From Candidatus Hydrothermales bacterium (GTDB taxonomy: Bacteria; Hydrothermota; Hydrothermia; Hydrothermales; JAJRUZ01), in NCBI GenBank assembly GCA_039630235.1, contig JBCNVI010000002.1, forward strand, positions 57,501 through 121,500: a stretch of 64,000 nt of DNA. The letters are read 5' to 3'. The translations under genes and the position numbers were made by a program. This document shows, one piece after another, positions 45,253 to 54,175 of the stretch. Numbering within the stretch: the first letter of the stretch is position 1; the number at the start of each line of letters is the position of its first letter. The notes beneath the pieces were generated by a model, which did not search any database, was not told the DNA's origin, and saw only the letters and a program-made list of their open reading frames with translations.

Positions 45253-46503
45253 CTAAACTTTATTTAATATTTTAACAGGCACGCCCTTTAAATCAAAATC
45301 TCTTCTAAACCTATTTTTAAGATATCTAAGATAATCTCCACTTAGAAAATCTGTTGAAATTACTTCATAAACTCTTGGAATTTTACTTATTTCTCTCATA
45401 TCTTTTATGTAACAGGGCGGTGTATTTTCTTTTATAGCCTTCGCTAAGAACTTTTTGAGTTCTCTTTTTTCTATTTTTCTATTCATTTCTTTCCAGACTT
45501 CCCTGATTTTTAGTGGAATAGCGTCTATTCCGTATTTTAAAGTAGCAGAAGTAAAAACTTGAGGAATATACGAAAAGTAAGGATAAAGCTCCCTTTTTTC
45601 AGTATAGATATTATTTATTTCCTTTTTCGTCAGTAAGTCTATCTTGTTTAAAATAATAACGATTCCCTTTCCTTTCTCCTCAATTAAAGATAAAATTTTT
45701 CTTTCAATTCTAGTAAAAGGTTCCCTTATGTCCATTACAAACAATACAATTAAGGCATAATCTAGAGAATGTGAGGTTTTCACATAAGAAAAGTATTCAA
45801 GATCACTTTTAAATTTATTTCTTATTCCTGCTGTATCAATAAAAATAAACTCGCCACTTTCAAGCTCTATCGGATCCCTTGTAGTTCCAGGAATAGGTGA
45901 TACTATGGCATAATCTTTTCCTATTAGACAATTTAAAATTGAAGATTTTCCTACATTTGGCCTTCCAATGATTGCTACAGGAATTCTTAAAATTTTTTCT
46001 CCCTTAAAGGGAAAATCTCTTGATAGCACCTCTATTAACTCAGAAATTCCAATCTTATGTGACGCTGAGATCTTAAAAATTTTTTCTTTGCTAACAGGTA
46101 ATAGGGCAAATTCATCGTCTTTTCTTTTTTTCACATCAATTTTATTTATAATAAGGTAAATAGGCTTACCCTTTTTTCTAAGCATCTCCATAATTAACTT
46201 ATCACCTTCGGTTAAGCCCTCTTTCGCATCTACAACAAATAGAAAGGCATCTGCTTCATCTAGTACCTCTAGGACTCTTTTTTCTATCTCTTCATTTAAT
46301 GGATCAACGGAATTAAAAAGACCACCAGTATCACAAATTTCAAAGGCAAAATCGTCGAGGAAAACTTTTTTCCTTAGAACATCTCTTGTAACACCTGGCA
46401 TACTGTGAGTCACAGCAATATTTTTCCCGATTATTGAATTAAAGAGAGTACTTTTTCCTACGTTAACTCTTCCCACAATCACAAAAAAAGGCAAATTACT
46501 CAT
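45253..46503 (-). CDS. der: Ribosome-biogenesis GTPase Der/EngA
   Basis: Two tandem G domains (GRVNVGKSTLFN, DTGG; GRPNVGKSSILN, DTAG, NKID) plus a KH-like C-terminus. Confidence 0.92.
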   Translation of the reverse strand: MSNLPFFVIVGRVNVGKSTLFNSIIGKNIAVTHSMPGVTRDVLRKKVFLDDFAFEICDTGGLFNSVDPLNEEIEKRVLEVLDEADAFLFVVDAKEGLTEGDKLIMEMLRKKGKPIYLIINKIDVKKRKDDEFALLPVSKEKIFKISASHKIGISELIEVLSRDFPFKGEKILRIPVAIIGRPNVGKSSILNCLIGKDYAIVSPIPGTTRDPIELESGEFIFIDTAGIRNKFKSDLEYFSYVKTSHSLDYALIVLFVMDIREPFTRIERKILSLIEEKGKGIVIILNKIDLLTKKEINNIYTEKRELYPYFSYIPQVFTSATLKYGIDAIPLKIREVWKEMNRKIEKRELKKFLAKAIKENTPPCYIKDMREISKIPRVYEVISTDFLSGDYLRYLKNRFRRDFDLKGVPVKILNKV

Positions 46504-46843
46504 CTTTTAAAAAGATAAGAGAAAATAGGGGGAAAAATAAAGTTAAAAATATATTGGTAAAAGTAAGATTAATTATAACAGCTGAAAGCGAAAATGTGGA
46601 AATTCTCAGAATATAAACAGTAAACTCATCTTTTACAAGTTCTTTATATAGCTTAAAAAGGGGAAAATTTTTTAATAATAGAAAAGAATAGAGGAAAATA
46701 AGAGCAGAAATTAAAATAGAAACAAATTTTAATTCTTTGAAAATATCGGGTAAAAATGAGGAAAGTAAATAGGGAAATAAAAAAATTAAAAAATAGAAGA
46801 AAAATTTAGACCCGGGGGACTTTTTTTTAATAATTTTACTTTT
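46504..46843 (-). pseudogene. Possible degraded small membrane-protein gene upstream of der
   Basis: The minus strand is strongly T-rich. It reads KFFFYFLIFLFPYLLSSFLPDIFKELKFVSILISALIFLYSFLLLKNFPLF*, then continues after a 1-nt shift in a T-run as KLYKELVKDEFTVYILRISTFSLSAVIINLTFTNIFLTLFFPLFSLIFLKDE*, ending 8 nt inside der. There is no ATG/GTG/TTG at the 5' end. Confidence 0.25.
46808..46820. repeat. Left arm of the 13-nt perfect inverted repeat bracketing hup (3' UTR side of the minus-strand mRNA)
   Basis: AGACCCGGGGGAC on the plus strand. On the hup mRNA it reads GUCCCCCGGGUCU followed by a U-rich tract. 10 of 13 positions are G/C in an AT-rich genome. Confidence 0.85.
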
Positions 46844-47111
46844 TCAAAAGGTTTTTAAGTTCAGAAGAAGGTCTAAAGAAGGGAACCTTTTGGGCAGGAA
46901 TTTGTATTTCTGCTCCAGTTTTTGGATTCCTGCCCTTTCTTGCTTTTCTTTTCTTAACTCCAAAGGTTCCAAATCCAACCAATCTAAGCTCTGAACCTTT
47001 TTTTAAAGTTTGTTTTACAGCATCTACAAAAGCATCAACGGCTGCCGCAGCAGCCTTCTTTGATATTTTTGCATAATTTGCTACATGACTTATAAGTTCT
47101 GCTTTGTTCAT
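46836..47111 (-). CDS. hup: HU-family nucleoid protein
   Basis: 91 aa. MNKAELI..., GFGTFGVKKRKARKGRNPKTGAEIQIPA. A strong AGGAGG RBS lies upstream. Confidence 0.93.
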   Translation of the reverse strand: MNKAELISHVANYAKISKKAAAAAVDAFVDAVKQTLKKGSELRLVGFGTFGVKKRKARKGRNPKTGAEIQIPAQKVPFFRPSSELKNLLKK

Positions 47112-47137
47112 GGTTTACCTCCTTTTTGTTTTTTTCC

Positions 47138-47150
47138 GTCCCCCGGGTCT
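47138..47150. repeat. Right arm of the 13-nt inverted repeat bracketing hup (extreme 5' end of the predicted hup mRNA)
   Basis: GTCCCCCGGGTCT on the plus strand is the exact reverse complement of 46808-46820. It begins 7-8 nt downstream of the -10 box. Confidence 0.85.
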
Positions 47151-47157
47151 TTTAAAT

Positions 47158-47186
47158 ATTATAACATTTCAATTGAAAAAAGTCAA
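47158..47186 (-). promoter_or_regulatory. Near-consensus sigma-70 promoter of hup
   Basis: On the minus strand: TTGACT (47186-47181), a 17-nt spacer, then TATAAT (47163-47158). Confidence 0.6.
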
Positions 47187-47259
47187 GTCTTTTCATTGAT
47201 AAAGGCCATTTTTCCTAAAGCTTAATTAAAAATTTAAAATTTACTATATTATAATATTT

Positions 47260-48321
47260 CTAATTTAGTATTAAATATACGGGATTAAATTTATCTTTAT
47301 TTTTCAATATCTGCCGTAGATATCTTAAGGAACTTATTATTTCTTCTGATTTTTCCCTTTTTGATTTAAGTGTAACTAAAAACTCTCTAATTTCTTTTAA
47401 ATTTATATGTTGAACGTATTCTGGAATAACTCTTTTTTTTAAAATTATATTTACTAGTGAAACGTAGGGAACTTTAGTTAACAACCTACCCAAAATATAG
47501 GTAGGTTCAGAGACTTTATATATTACAACCATTGGAGTACCAGCAAGAGCACACTCAAGAGCTACTGTCCCACTTACTGTAATTGCATACCTTGCTCTTT
47601 CTATATAGGGAACCACATCCTCCCTTATAATTTCAAACTTACCCTCAACCTTAGACAGTATCTCACTATCACTATATAAAAGTGAAATTAAAAATCTATA
47701 ATCTTTAAAATCTTTTTCTATATAATCTCTTATTCTAACCATGTCATTGACATGCCTTATTATTTCCCTTTTTCTTGAACCAGGCAAAAAAATTATAATA
47801 TTTTCCTTATCTTCATTCCATCTAATTCTTTCAACTATAGGGTTACCGACAAAGAAGGTATTTACTTTCTTTTTTCTTAAAAATTCTGCCTCAAAAGGGA
47901 ACGTAGAAAGAACCCTATCAGTGTATTTCCTAAGTTCTCTGATTCTCCAAGAACCCCAAGCCCAAACTTGAGGAGGTATAAAATAAAAGATTTCCCTTTC
48001 TATCTTTTTTAAAACTCTGGCTAAATTTAAATTAAAACCAGGAAAATCAACAAGAACAACCTTTTTTATATTCTCTCTCCTAACAAAATTAAAAATCTTT
48101 TTTAGTAAATTTTTAAAATATAAAATAGAACCTATAGCTTCGGTAAAACCAATAACTGCCTTATCGGTTATATCTTCAACTAAAATTGCTCCAACTTTTT
48201 TACTTTCCTTTCCTGCATAAGCATAAATTTCTAGGTCTTTTTTTACTTGTTTCAATTTATCTATAAGATAAGAAGCATTCCTATCTCCAGAAGGCTCACC
48301 AGCTACAAATAAAATTTTCAT
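47260..48321 (-). CDS. lpxB: Lipid-A-disaccharide synthase
   Basis: 353 aa with N-terminal MKILFVAGEPSGD. GT19-like layout (FPGFNL, GTVALECA). Confidence 0.88.
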   Translation of the reverse strand: MKILFVAGEPSGDRNASYLIDKLKQVKKDLEIYAYAGKESKKVGAILVEDITDKAVIGFTEAIGSILYFKNLLKKIFNFVRRENIKKVVLVDFPGFNLNLARVLKKIEREIFYFIPPQVWAWGSWRIRELRKYTDRVLSTFPFEAEFLRKKKVNTFFVGNPIVERIRWNEDKENIIIFLPGSRKREIIRHVNDMVRIRDYIEKDFKDYRFLISLLYSDSEILSKVEGKFEIIREDVVPYIERARYAITVSGTVALECALAGTPMVVIYKVSEPTYILGRLLTKVPYVSLVNIILKKRVIPEYVQHINLKEIREFLVTLKSKREKSEEIISSLRYLRQILKNKDKFNPVYLILN

Positions 48322-48884
48322 TTTATATACTTTAATAAAACTCCAACAAATATTAAAAAAAGAATCAGTATTAAAGTTGACTTTTCAAATCTTAATACTT
48401 CTTTTAAATTATATAGCCTTTTCGTTTTTTTTTCATAGGAAGGAAACTTAGGTATAAATCTAAAAGTCTTCCTCTTATACTCCTTATATTCTTCTCCAAA
48501 TTTTTCCTCTAAAAATTTTTCCTCTTCTAAAATAATAAAATAGTATTGAACAAAAAAAAGTATGAAAAATAGAAGATAAAAGATTATAGGAGGGTTATAA
48601 AAAATAACGAAAAAAAGAGCTATAAAAAAATTACCTAAATAAATTGGATTTCTCACATAAGAGTAGGGACCACCAGTAACAAGAAAGTTTGCATTAATTT
48701 CCTTTGCCCTAGTTAGCTCTCCCACATACATCAAACTGTAAATCCTTAAAAACTCACCTAGAAAAAGCAAGGGGATTAAAAGAAAACCTTTAAAGCTTGG
48801 ATTAGAAAAAAAAAGCATTATAACAAAAAAAGGGATTGGGATTTTATCTCTATTTCTATATAGAAACTTACCAAAGTTAATCAA
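48318..48884 (-). CDS. ICMT/PEMT-family membrane methyltransferase (LmtA-like context)
   Basis: 188 aa, multi-TM. Motifs VRNPIYLGNFF and EEEKFLEEKFGEEYKEYKRKT form the ICMT signature. It overlaps both neighbours by 4 nt within the lipid A cluster. Confidence 0.7.
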   Translation of the reverse strand: MINFGKFLYRNRDKIPIPFFVIMLFFSNPSFKGFLLIPLLFLGEFLRIYSLMYVGELTRAKEINANFLVTGGPYSYVRNPIYLGNFFIALFFVIFYNPPIIFYLLFFILFFVQYYFIILEEEKFLEEKFGEEYKEYKRKTFRFIPKFPSYEKKTKRLYNLKEVLRFEKSTLILILFLIFVGVLLKYIK

Positions 48885-49816
48885 AATTTTATCCTCTTTA
48901 AATTATTTTCTATAACTCTTTTTATCCTTAAAGCAATACTTAAACTTTTTATAGCCTCTCTTCCGTCTACAAGAACTTTCTCGCCATATAGACAAGCCCT
49001 AACAAAATTTCTAAGTTCCTCTTTTAAGGGATTAATATTAAAACTTTTAACTGGATAGGGTAAAATCTGATTGTCTTTTTTTATGTAAACTTGTGCTGTT
49101 TTCCCCCTTAAATCAACAGAAATGTATGTATCCTTTTGGAAAAAGCGAATCTTTCTAAAAGGCTCCCTTGATATTCTTGAAGCAGTTAAGTTGCATACTC
49201 CTCCATCTTGAAACTCAATTCTCACATTAGCAATATCTATCTTATCAGTTATAACAGGCACTCCTACAGCCTCCAATTTTTTTATCTTCGAATTTTTAAA
49301 AAGTAATACAAGATCTATATCATGAACCATAAGATCTAAAATAACATCTACATCTGTACCCCTTCCGACAAAAGTAGAGAGTCTTTCTGCCTCAATAAAC
49401 ATTGGATTGAGAATAAGATCCTTTATACTTAAAATACCTGGATTTAGTCTCTCAACAAAACCAACCTGTAAAATAAGACTTCTTTTTTCTGCCTCTTTAA
49501 CAAGCCTTTTGGCTTCACTGATTTTTGTTGTTATTGGCTTTTCCATAAAAAGATGCTTATTGTTTTTTAAAACCATAAACCCAACTTCGTAGTGAGAAAG
49601 TGTAGGAACAGCACATGTCACAGCATCAACCATTTCTAAAAGTTCATAAGGTGAGTTAGCTGCATATAAATTGAATTCCTTTGCTACCTCCTTTGCTCTA
49701 TCTTCATTTATATCATAAACAGCAACAACTTCTGCCTCCTCAATTTCTTTTAAAAGTTTCACATGAATCGAACCAAGATAACCTACCCCGATTGTTCCAA
49801 CCTTTAATTTTCTCAT
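48881..49816 (-). CDS. Gfo/Idh/MocA-family NAD-dependent oxidoreductase (GnnA-like context)
   Basis: The N-terminal Rossmann motif is LKVGTIGVGYLGSIH, followed by EKP. It lies directly upstream of the ICMT gene and lpxB. Confidence 0.75.
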   Translation of the reverse strand: MRKLKVGTIGVGYLGSIHVKLLKEIEEAEVVAVYDINEDRAKEVAKEFNLYAANSPYELLEMVDAVTCAVPTLSHYEVGFMVLKNNKHLFMEKPITTKISEAKRLVKEAEKRSLILQVGFVERLNPGILSIKDLILNPMFIEAERLSTFVGRGTDVDVILDLMVHDIDLVLLFKNSKIKKLEAVGVPVITDKIDIANVRIEFQDGGVCNLTASRISREPFRKIRFFQKDTYISVDLRGKTAQVYIKKDNQILPYPVKSFNINPLKEELRNFVRACLYGEKVLVDGREAIKSLSIALRIKRVIENNLKRIKF

Positions 49817-50502
49817 AAATGACCCTTATATCCAACCTGAAAAGTTCTCATATATGTGTCTGAAAGTAAGTCCCTAAAAGAAAAAGTAAAGAAGAACTGA
49901 TTTATAAGATTAAAAGATACACCAGAGTTAAGAATACCCTTAGTATGTAGTGGATCGTTGTATCCAAGGGCATATTCAAGAAAAAAACTAAACTCGGGTG
50001 AAAAATTCAAAATCAAAGAAGAAAATATATCAAAACCACTTTTTTCATCTTTTGTCTCAAAGGTTCTGTTTAATCCCCCATTTAAAATAAAGCCTGAAAG
50101 CACAGGAAATTCTTTACTTATACATAAATATAGTCCTCGTGACTTTATAAAATACCTTTCATTATCTTCGATATAATGATCAAAGCCCTGAGTCTCTATA
50201 CCTAAAATAGCTGAGGGCCAATATTCTAACTCTTCTAAAATTAGATAGGAAATACTAACACCTGGAGCAGGATTAAATCTAACTTTCCCATAGCCGATGA
50301 TACCTGTGCCTCCATATCTTAATCCAATAGACAATTTATCTAATATAGCTGCATCAATAGAAAATAAAAGACCGCCATCATTATAAAACCTAATATCAAA
50401 TTTATATTCACCTCTTGCAAGATTTTTTGCTATTGGAAAATCACATGGCAAAACAGAAAGAGAAAACAAACTTACAGGAATAACGAGTAATAGTTTATTC
50501 AT
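49813..50502 (-). CDS. Hypothetical secreted / outer-membrane protein
   Basis: Signal peptide MNKLLLVIPVSLFSLSVLP with beta-strand-rich, Gly/aromatic-rich repeats. It is translationally coupled to the lipid A genes. Confidence 0.45.
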   Translation of the reverse strand: MNKLLLVIPVSLFSLSVLPCDFPIAKNLARGEYKFDIRFYNDGGLLFSIDAAILDKLSIGLRYGGTGIIGYGKVRFNPAPGVSISYLILEELEYWPSAILGIETQGFDHYIEDNERYFIKSRGLYLCISKEFPVLSGFILNGGLNRTFETKDEKSGFDIFSSLILNFSPEFSFFLEYALGYNDPLHTKGILNSGVSFNLINQFFFTFSFRDLLSDTYMRTFQVGYKGHL

Positions 50503-50534
50503 TTTTTCTAAATAAATTAGAAATTTTATGATTT

Positions 50535-51383
50535 TTATAGAGCTTTTTTCAAAAATTCAAAATCAGAAATTAGGATAAGGTCACAACCTGCCTTCATAGA
50601 AAGTTTTATACTTTCTCTAAGTGAATAAAACTTTTTTATCCCACCCATTAATAAATCATCTGTTATAACCTTTCCCCTAAAAGAAAGTTTTTTCTTTAAT
50701 AATTTCTTTATAAAATATTCGGAAAAAACAACAGGCTCATCTGAAATTCTTCTGTACTTTATATAACCAGCCATTATGTAAGAAATACCCTCTTTTATTA
50801 ATACTTTATATGGTAAAAGATCCCTTGCAATATCTTTAAGACTAGAATCAGAAACTGGCAAATCCCTGTGGGGATCTTCCCTTGCTCTTGCTTGATTAAC
50901 AAAATGTTTAGCACAACACTCCACACCATTTTCCTTCATTATCTTATAAAATCTATATGAATATTCCATTACAATTTTTAAATTTTTACCAAAACTCCTC
51001 TCTTTTTTGCAGATTACCTCATTTTCTTCATCATAACAGATATCAACACAGGGAGCAAAATTTATATCAATCCCTATACTTTTAAGCTCCTTTGCCATTT
51101 TATTGCAGGATACTTCAAATTCTTCGAGACTATTCTGTCCCCACTTCATCGGTGAGGGGTAACCATCTATAACCCAAGAAGCATAACCACCTTCCTGATC
51201 TGTAGAGAGTTTTAAATCATAACCTGCAAACTTTTTTAAATCTCTTATAAATTCCCTCAGCTCATTCAGATTCTTGTTTTTAAAATGACTTGTTAAAAAA
51301 ATAGAAAAGGGGCTAAAATTTTTTACAACTTCAAAGCCATCCTCATAATCACTTATACCAATAATAAAATTACTAAAATCCAT
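50535..51383 (-). CDS. nagZ: Glycoside hydrolase family 3 beta-N-acetylhexosaminidase (NagZ-like, short)
   Basis: STDQEGG, AKHF and ITDDLLMGGI motifs. 282 aa. Confidence 0.7.
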   Translation of the reverse strand: MDFSNFIIGISDYEDGFEVVKNFSPFSIFLTSHFKNKNLNELREFIRDLKKFAGYDLKLSTDQEGGYASWVIDGYPSPMKWGQNSLEEFEVSCNKMAKELKSIGIDINFAPCVDICYDEENEVICKKERSFGKNLKIVMEYSYRFYKIMKENGVECCAKHFVNQARAREDPHRDLPVSDSSLKDIARDLLPYKVLIKEGISYIMAGYIKYRRISDEPVVFSEYFIKKLLKKKLSFRGKVITDDLLMGGIKKFYSLRESIKLSMKAGCDLILISDFEFLKKAL

Positions 51384-51968
51384 TCAGAAGTTGATCTTTT
51401 TCTCAGTTCCTTCTAAGAGTCTTTTTATGTTAGAAAGATGTGCAATATATATGACTAAAACTGTCATCAAAGAAATAACATCAAAATAAAGAGGATAATC
51501 TTCGATAAACACTATGATTAAAAGCCAAACTAATGAAGCAATGAGTGAACTGAGGGAAACGATTCTAAAGAGTAAAAGAAAGGTAATAAAGGAAATTAAG
51601 GCTATGAAAACTGGATAAGGCGTAAGGGCAAGATAAGCTCCAAAGGCTGTAGCAACCCCTTTTCCTCCTCTAAAATTAAGAAAAGGAGATGTAATATGTC
51701 CTAAAATTGATGCAAAGGCAACTAAAATAGCAAAATTAAAAGAAAAAAATTTAGTGGCAAGAAGTGTAGGGAAAAAAGATTTAGCAGTATCAAAAAGTAG
51801 TGTTAAAATTCCTAACTTTTTGTCATATCTAAAAACATTTGTAGCACCTATGTTTCCACTTCCAAGTTTTCTTATATCGATCCCTTTTAGGGTCTTCACA
51901 AGTAAATATCCAAATGGTACTGCTCCTAAAAAATAAGATAAAATAAGATAGAGAATTTTAACGTGCAT
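51384..51968 (-). CDS. plsY: Glycerol-3-phosphate acyltransferase PlsY
   Basis: GSGNIGATN motif and RGGKGVAT. 194 aa, multi-TM. Confidence 0.9.
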   Translation of the reverse strand: MHVKILYLILSYFLGAVPFGYLLVKTLKGIDIRKLGSGNIGATNVFRYDKKLGILTLLFDTAKSFFPTLLATKFFSFNFAILVAFASILGHITSPFLNFRGGKGVATAFGAYLALTPYPVFIALISFITFLLLFRIVSLSSLIASLVWLLIIVFIEDYPLYFDVISLMTVLVIYIAHLSNIKRLLEGTEKKINF

Positions 51969-51998
51969 TTAATTATTCTAAGCTTTTATAATTTCAAA

Positions 51999-53147
51999 AT
52001 GAAAGCATTTGCACAACTTATCTCTATTATAGTGCCAATTTCTTTCCCACTCTCGGTAACTCTCTCATCCATTTTATTTATAATTCTTATAATATTTCCG
52101 ATTTTAAAATTTAAGGATTTTGCAATTTTTTCGAAAAAATTCAAACTTTTTTATTTACTTTTCTTCCTATTTTTATTATCCTACACGTTATCAGCGATTT
52201 TATCATGCGATACTGTTGATGCAATTAAAAGAGCAAGGGAATATTTTTTCTATCTTGGAATAATCTCTGTAGCCTTTATTTTTAGAGAAAAAATTGACTT
52301 AGAAAAAATTTTGAAGATATTCCTATTTTTCTCGGCAATCTCTGTTTTATATTCAATTTTAAGCATACTAAGGGGAACTGCAAATGAGGGAAGGGCTCAT
52401 GGTTTTTTTCTTCATCCGTTAACATATGCTGGATTCCTTATAATTCCAACTCTCTTTTCGGTTGGACTCTTTTTCATTAAAAAAAAGAGCACTCAAAAAA
52501 TTATCCTCCTATTAATCTCCTTAATACTTTTTTTAGGCTTAATTTTAACTGATTCAAGAGGAGCAATAGTCGTAACCTTTTTGTCCTTGTTAATTCTAAT
52601 CTATAAATTCAGTAAGAAACTGATTTTACCCTTAATAGTAGTGGCCTTATTTTTTTCAGCGCTATTTATCATAAAAAATCCTTTAAATTTGAGAGAGAAA
52701 GCCTTAAGAGAACAAAGTTTAAAAAAGAGATTAGAGTTAATTAGAGCTTTCCCTGAATTTTTTCTTAAAAGAGCACTTTTTGGATACGGTAGAGTCCATA
52801 CACAAAAAATAGTCTCTCACCTTGAAAAAGAAAACTTTAATAGAGAAAAACTTGATCTTTTGAGATATATGAATCATTTTCATGTAAGTTATTTACAGGT
52901 TCTTTTTTATTTTGGTATTTCCGGTTTTCTTTTACTTTACTCTTTGTTTTTTTATCTTCTCTATATTCTTTACAAAAAATCAAGAGAAAGTATCTTTTCT
53001 TTTTTAAATTTAGTAAATCTTTTTGCCTTTTTGACTTATGGATTATTTGAAATAAATATCTTTGCCGATGAGATTCTTTTACCACTTTTCTTCTTTATAG
53101 GAATTTCACTAGTTGAAAATGAGAATAATTCTATTTTCAGGGTTTAA
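51999..53147 (+). CDS. O-antigen ligase / Wzy_C-domain membrane protein
   Basis: Polytopic membrane protein. The loop reads LTDSRGAIVVTFLSL, followed by a periplasmic segment. The start is set at the internal ATG; the GTG at 51963 would overlap plsY. Confidence 0.65.
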   Translation: MKAFAQLISIIVPISFPLSVTLSSILFIILIIFPILKFKDFAIFSKKFKLFYLLFFLFLLSYTLSAILSCDTVDAIKRAREYFFYLGIISVAFIFREKIDLEKILKIFLFFSAISVLYSILSILRGTANEGRAHGFFLHPLTYAGFLIIPTLFSVGLFFIKKKSTQKIILLLISLILFLGLILTDSRGAIVVTFLSLLILIYKFSKKLILPLIVVALFFSALFIIKNPLNLREKALREQSLKKRLELIRAFPEFFLKRALFGYGRVHTQKIVSHLEKENFNREKLDLLRYMNHFHVSYLQVLFYFGISGFLLLYSLFFYLLYILYKKSRESIFSFLNLVNLFAFLTYGLFEINIFADEILLPLFFFIGISLVENENNSIFRV

Positions 53148-54171
53148 ACCCTTTGCAACTGTTTCTTACTTTTATAAATATCTTAAAAGAGAAGAACCAG
53201 ATACAGTGTTTGTTTCCTATGATGAAGGAACAGATTTTTATCTAAATTCACACAAATTAAACTTAAAGAAAATCTTCAAAGAGATATTTGAACCTGATCT
53301 TTTTATATATGTAGAAACAGATCCTGGTAAAGGTTTTTTTATTGAAGACCTTTTAGAGGTAAAAGTTAAGAAGGCCACATGGCTTATTGATAGTCACTTA
53401 AATTTTAGATGGCATAAAAATTTTGCCAAATTATTTGACTACGTGTTTGTTGCCCAAAAATCACTTATTCCTTGGTTTAGAAAATACAGTATAAATCCAA
53501 AGTGGCTTCCACTTGCCTGTGACCCTGAAATTCACAAGGAATGGTTCAAAACAAAAGAGTATGATATTGTTTTTATTGGACATCTAAATAGAGAAAGAGA
53601 AAAATTTTTTAAAGAAATGGAAAGTAACTTAAGAGGAATTAAAATACTTGTAAAAGAAAAAATATACCTTGAAGAGAATGCAAAAATTCAAAGTAAAGGA
53701 AAAATAGGTTTTAATCTACCTGTAAGAAAAGATATTAACATGAGAACTTTTGAAGTTCCAGCCTGTGGCTCACTTTTATTTTCTCCCTTTGTAAAACATT
53801 TAAACGAGATTTTTAGTGAAGAAGAAATTGTAATCTATAGAAATAAAAATGAAATTTATAAAAAAATTGAGTATTTTCTCGAAAGAGACGAAGAAAGGGA
53901 AGAGATGAAAGAAAGAGCTAAAAATTTAGTAATAAATAAGCATAATTACCTTGAAAGAGTCAAAAGTTTTCTTTTTGAAATAAAAAAAGATAAAAAAATA
54001 GGCGAAAAAAGCTACTTTGACTTTTTTTATTTAACCTATAACAAAAACTTCAAAAAGTATAGGAAATTTCATTTTCTTTTTAAGATTTTAAACTTTAAAA
54101 AACTGCTTCAGAATTTGCTACTTGAGTTTGAAGAAAGAATAAGAAAAAAATTTAATAGGTTTCCGTACTAA
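53119..54171 (+). CDS. Glycosyltransferase-like protein (CgeB / Glyco_trans_1_2-type C-terminal domain)
   Basis: NMRTFEVPACGSLLFS motif with a Rossmann-like N-terminal half. Confidence 0.55.
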   Translation: MRIILFSGFKPFATVSYFYKYLKREEPDTVFVSYDEGTDFYLNSHKLNLKKIFKEIFEPDLFIYVETDPGKGFFIEDLLEVKVKKATWLIDSHLNFRWHKNFAKLFDYVFVAQKSLIPWFRKYSINPKWLPLACDPEIHKEWFKTKEYDIVFIGHLNREREKFFKEMESNLRGIKILVKEKIYLEENAKIQSKGKIGFNLPVRKDINMRTFEVPACGSLLFSPFVKHLNEIFSEEEIVIYRNKNEIYKKIEYFLERDEEREEMKERAKNLVINKHNYLERVKSFLFEIKKDKKIGEKSYFDFFYLTYNKNFKKYRKFHFLFKILNFKKLLQNLLLEFEERIRKKFNRFPY

Positions 54172-54175
54172 ATAT

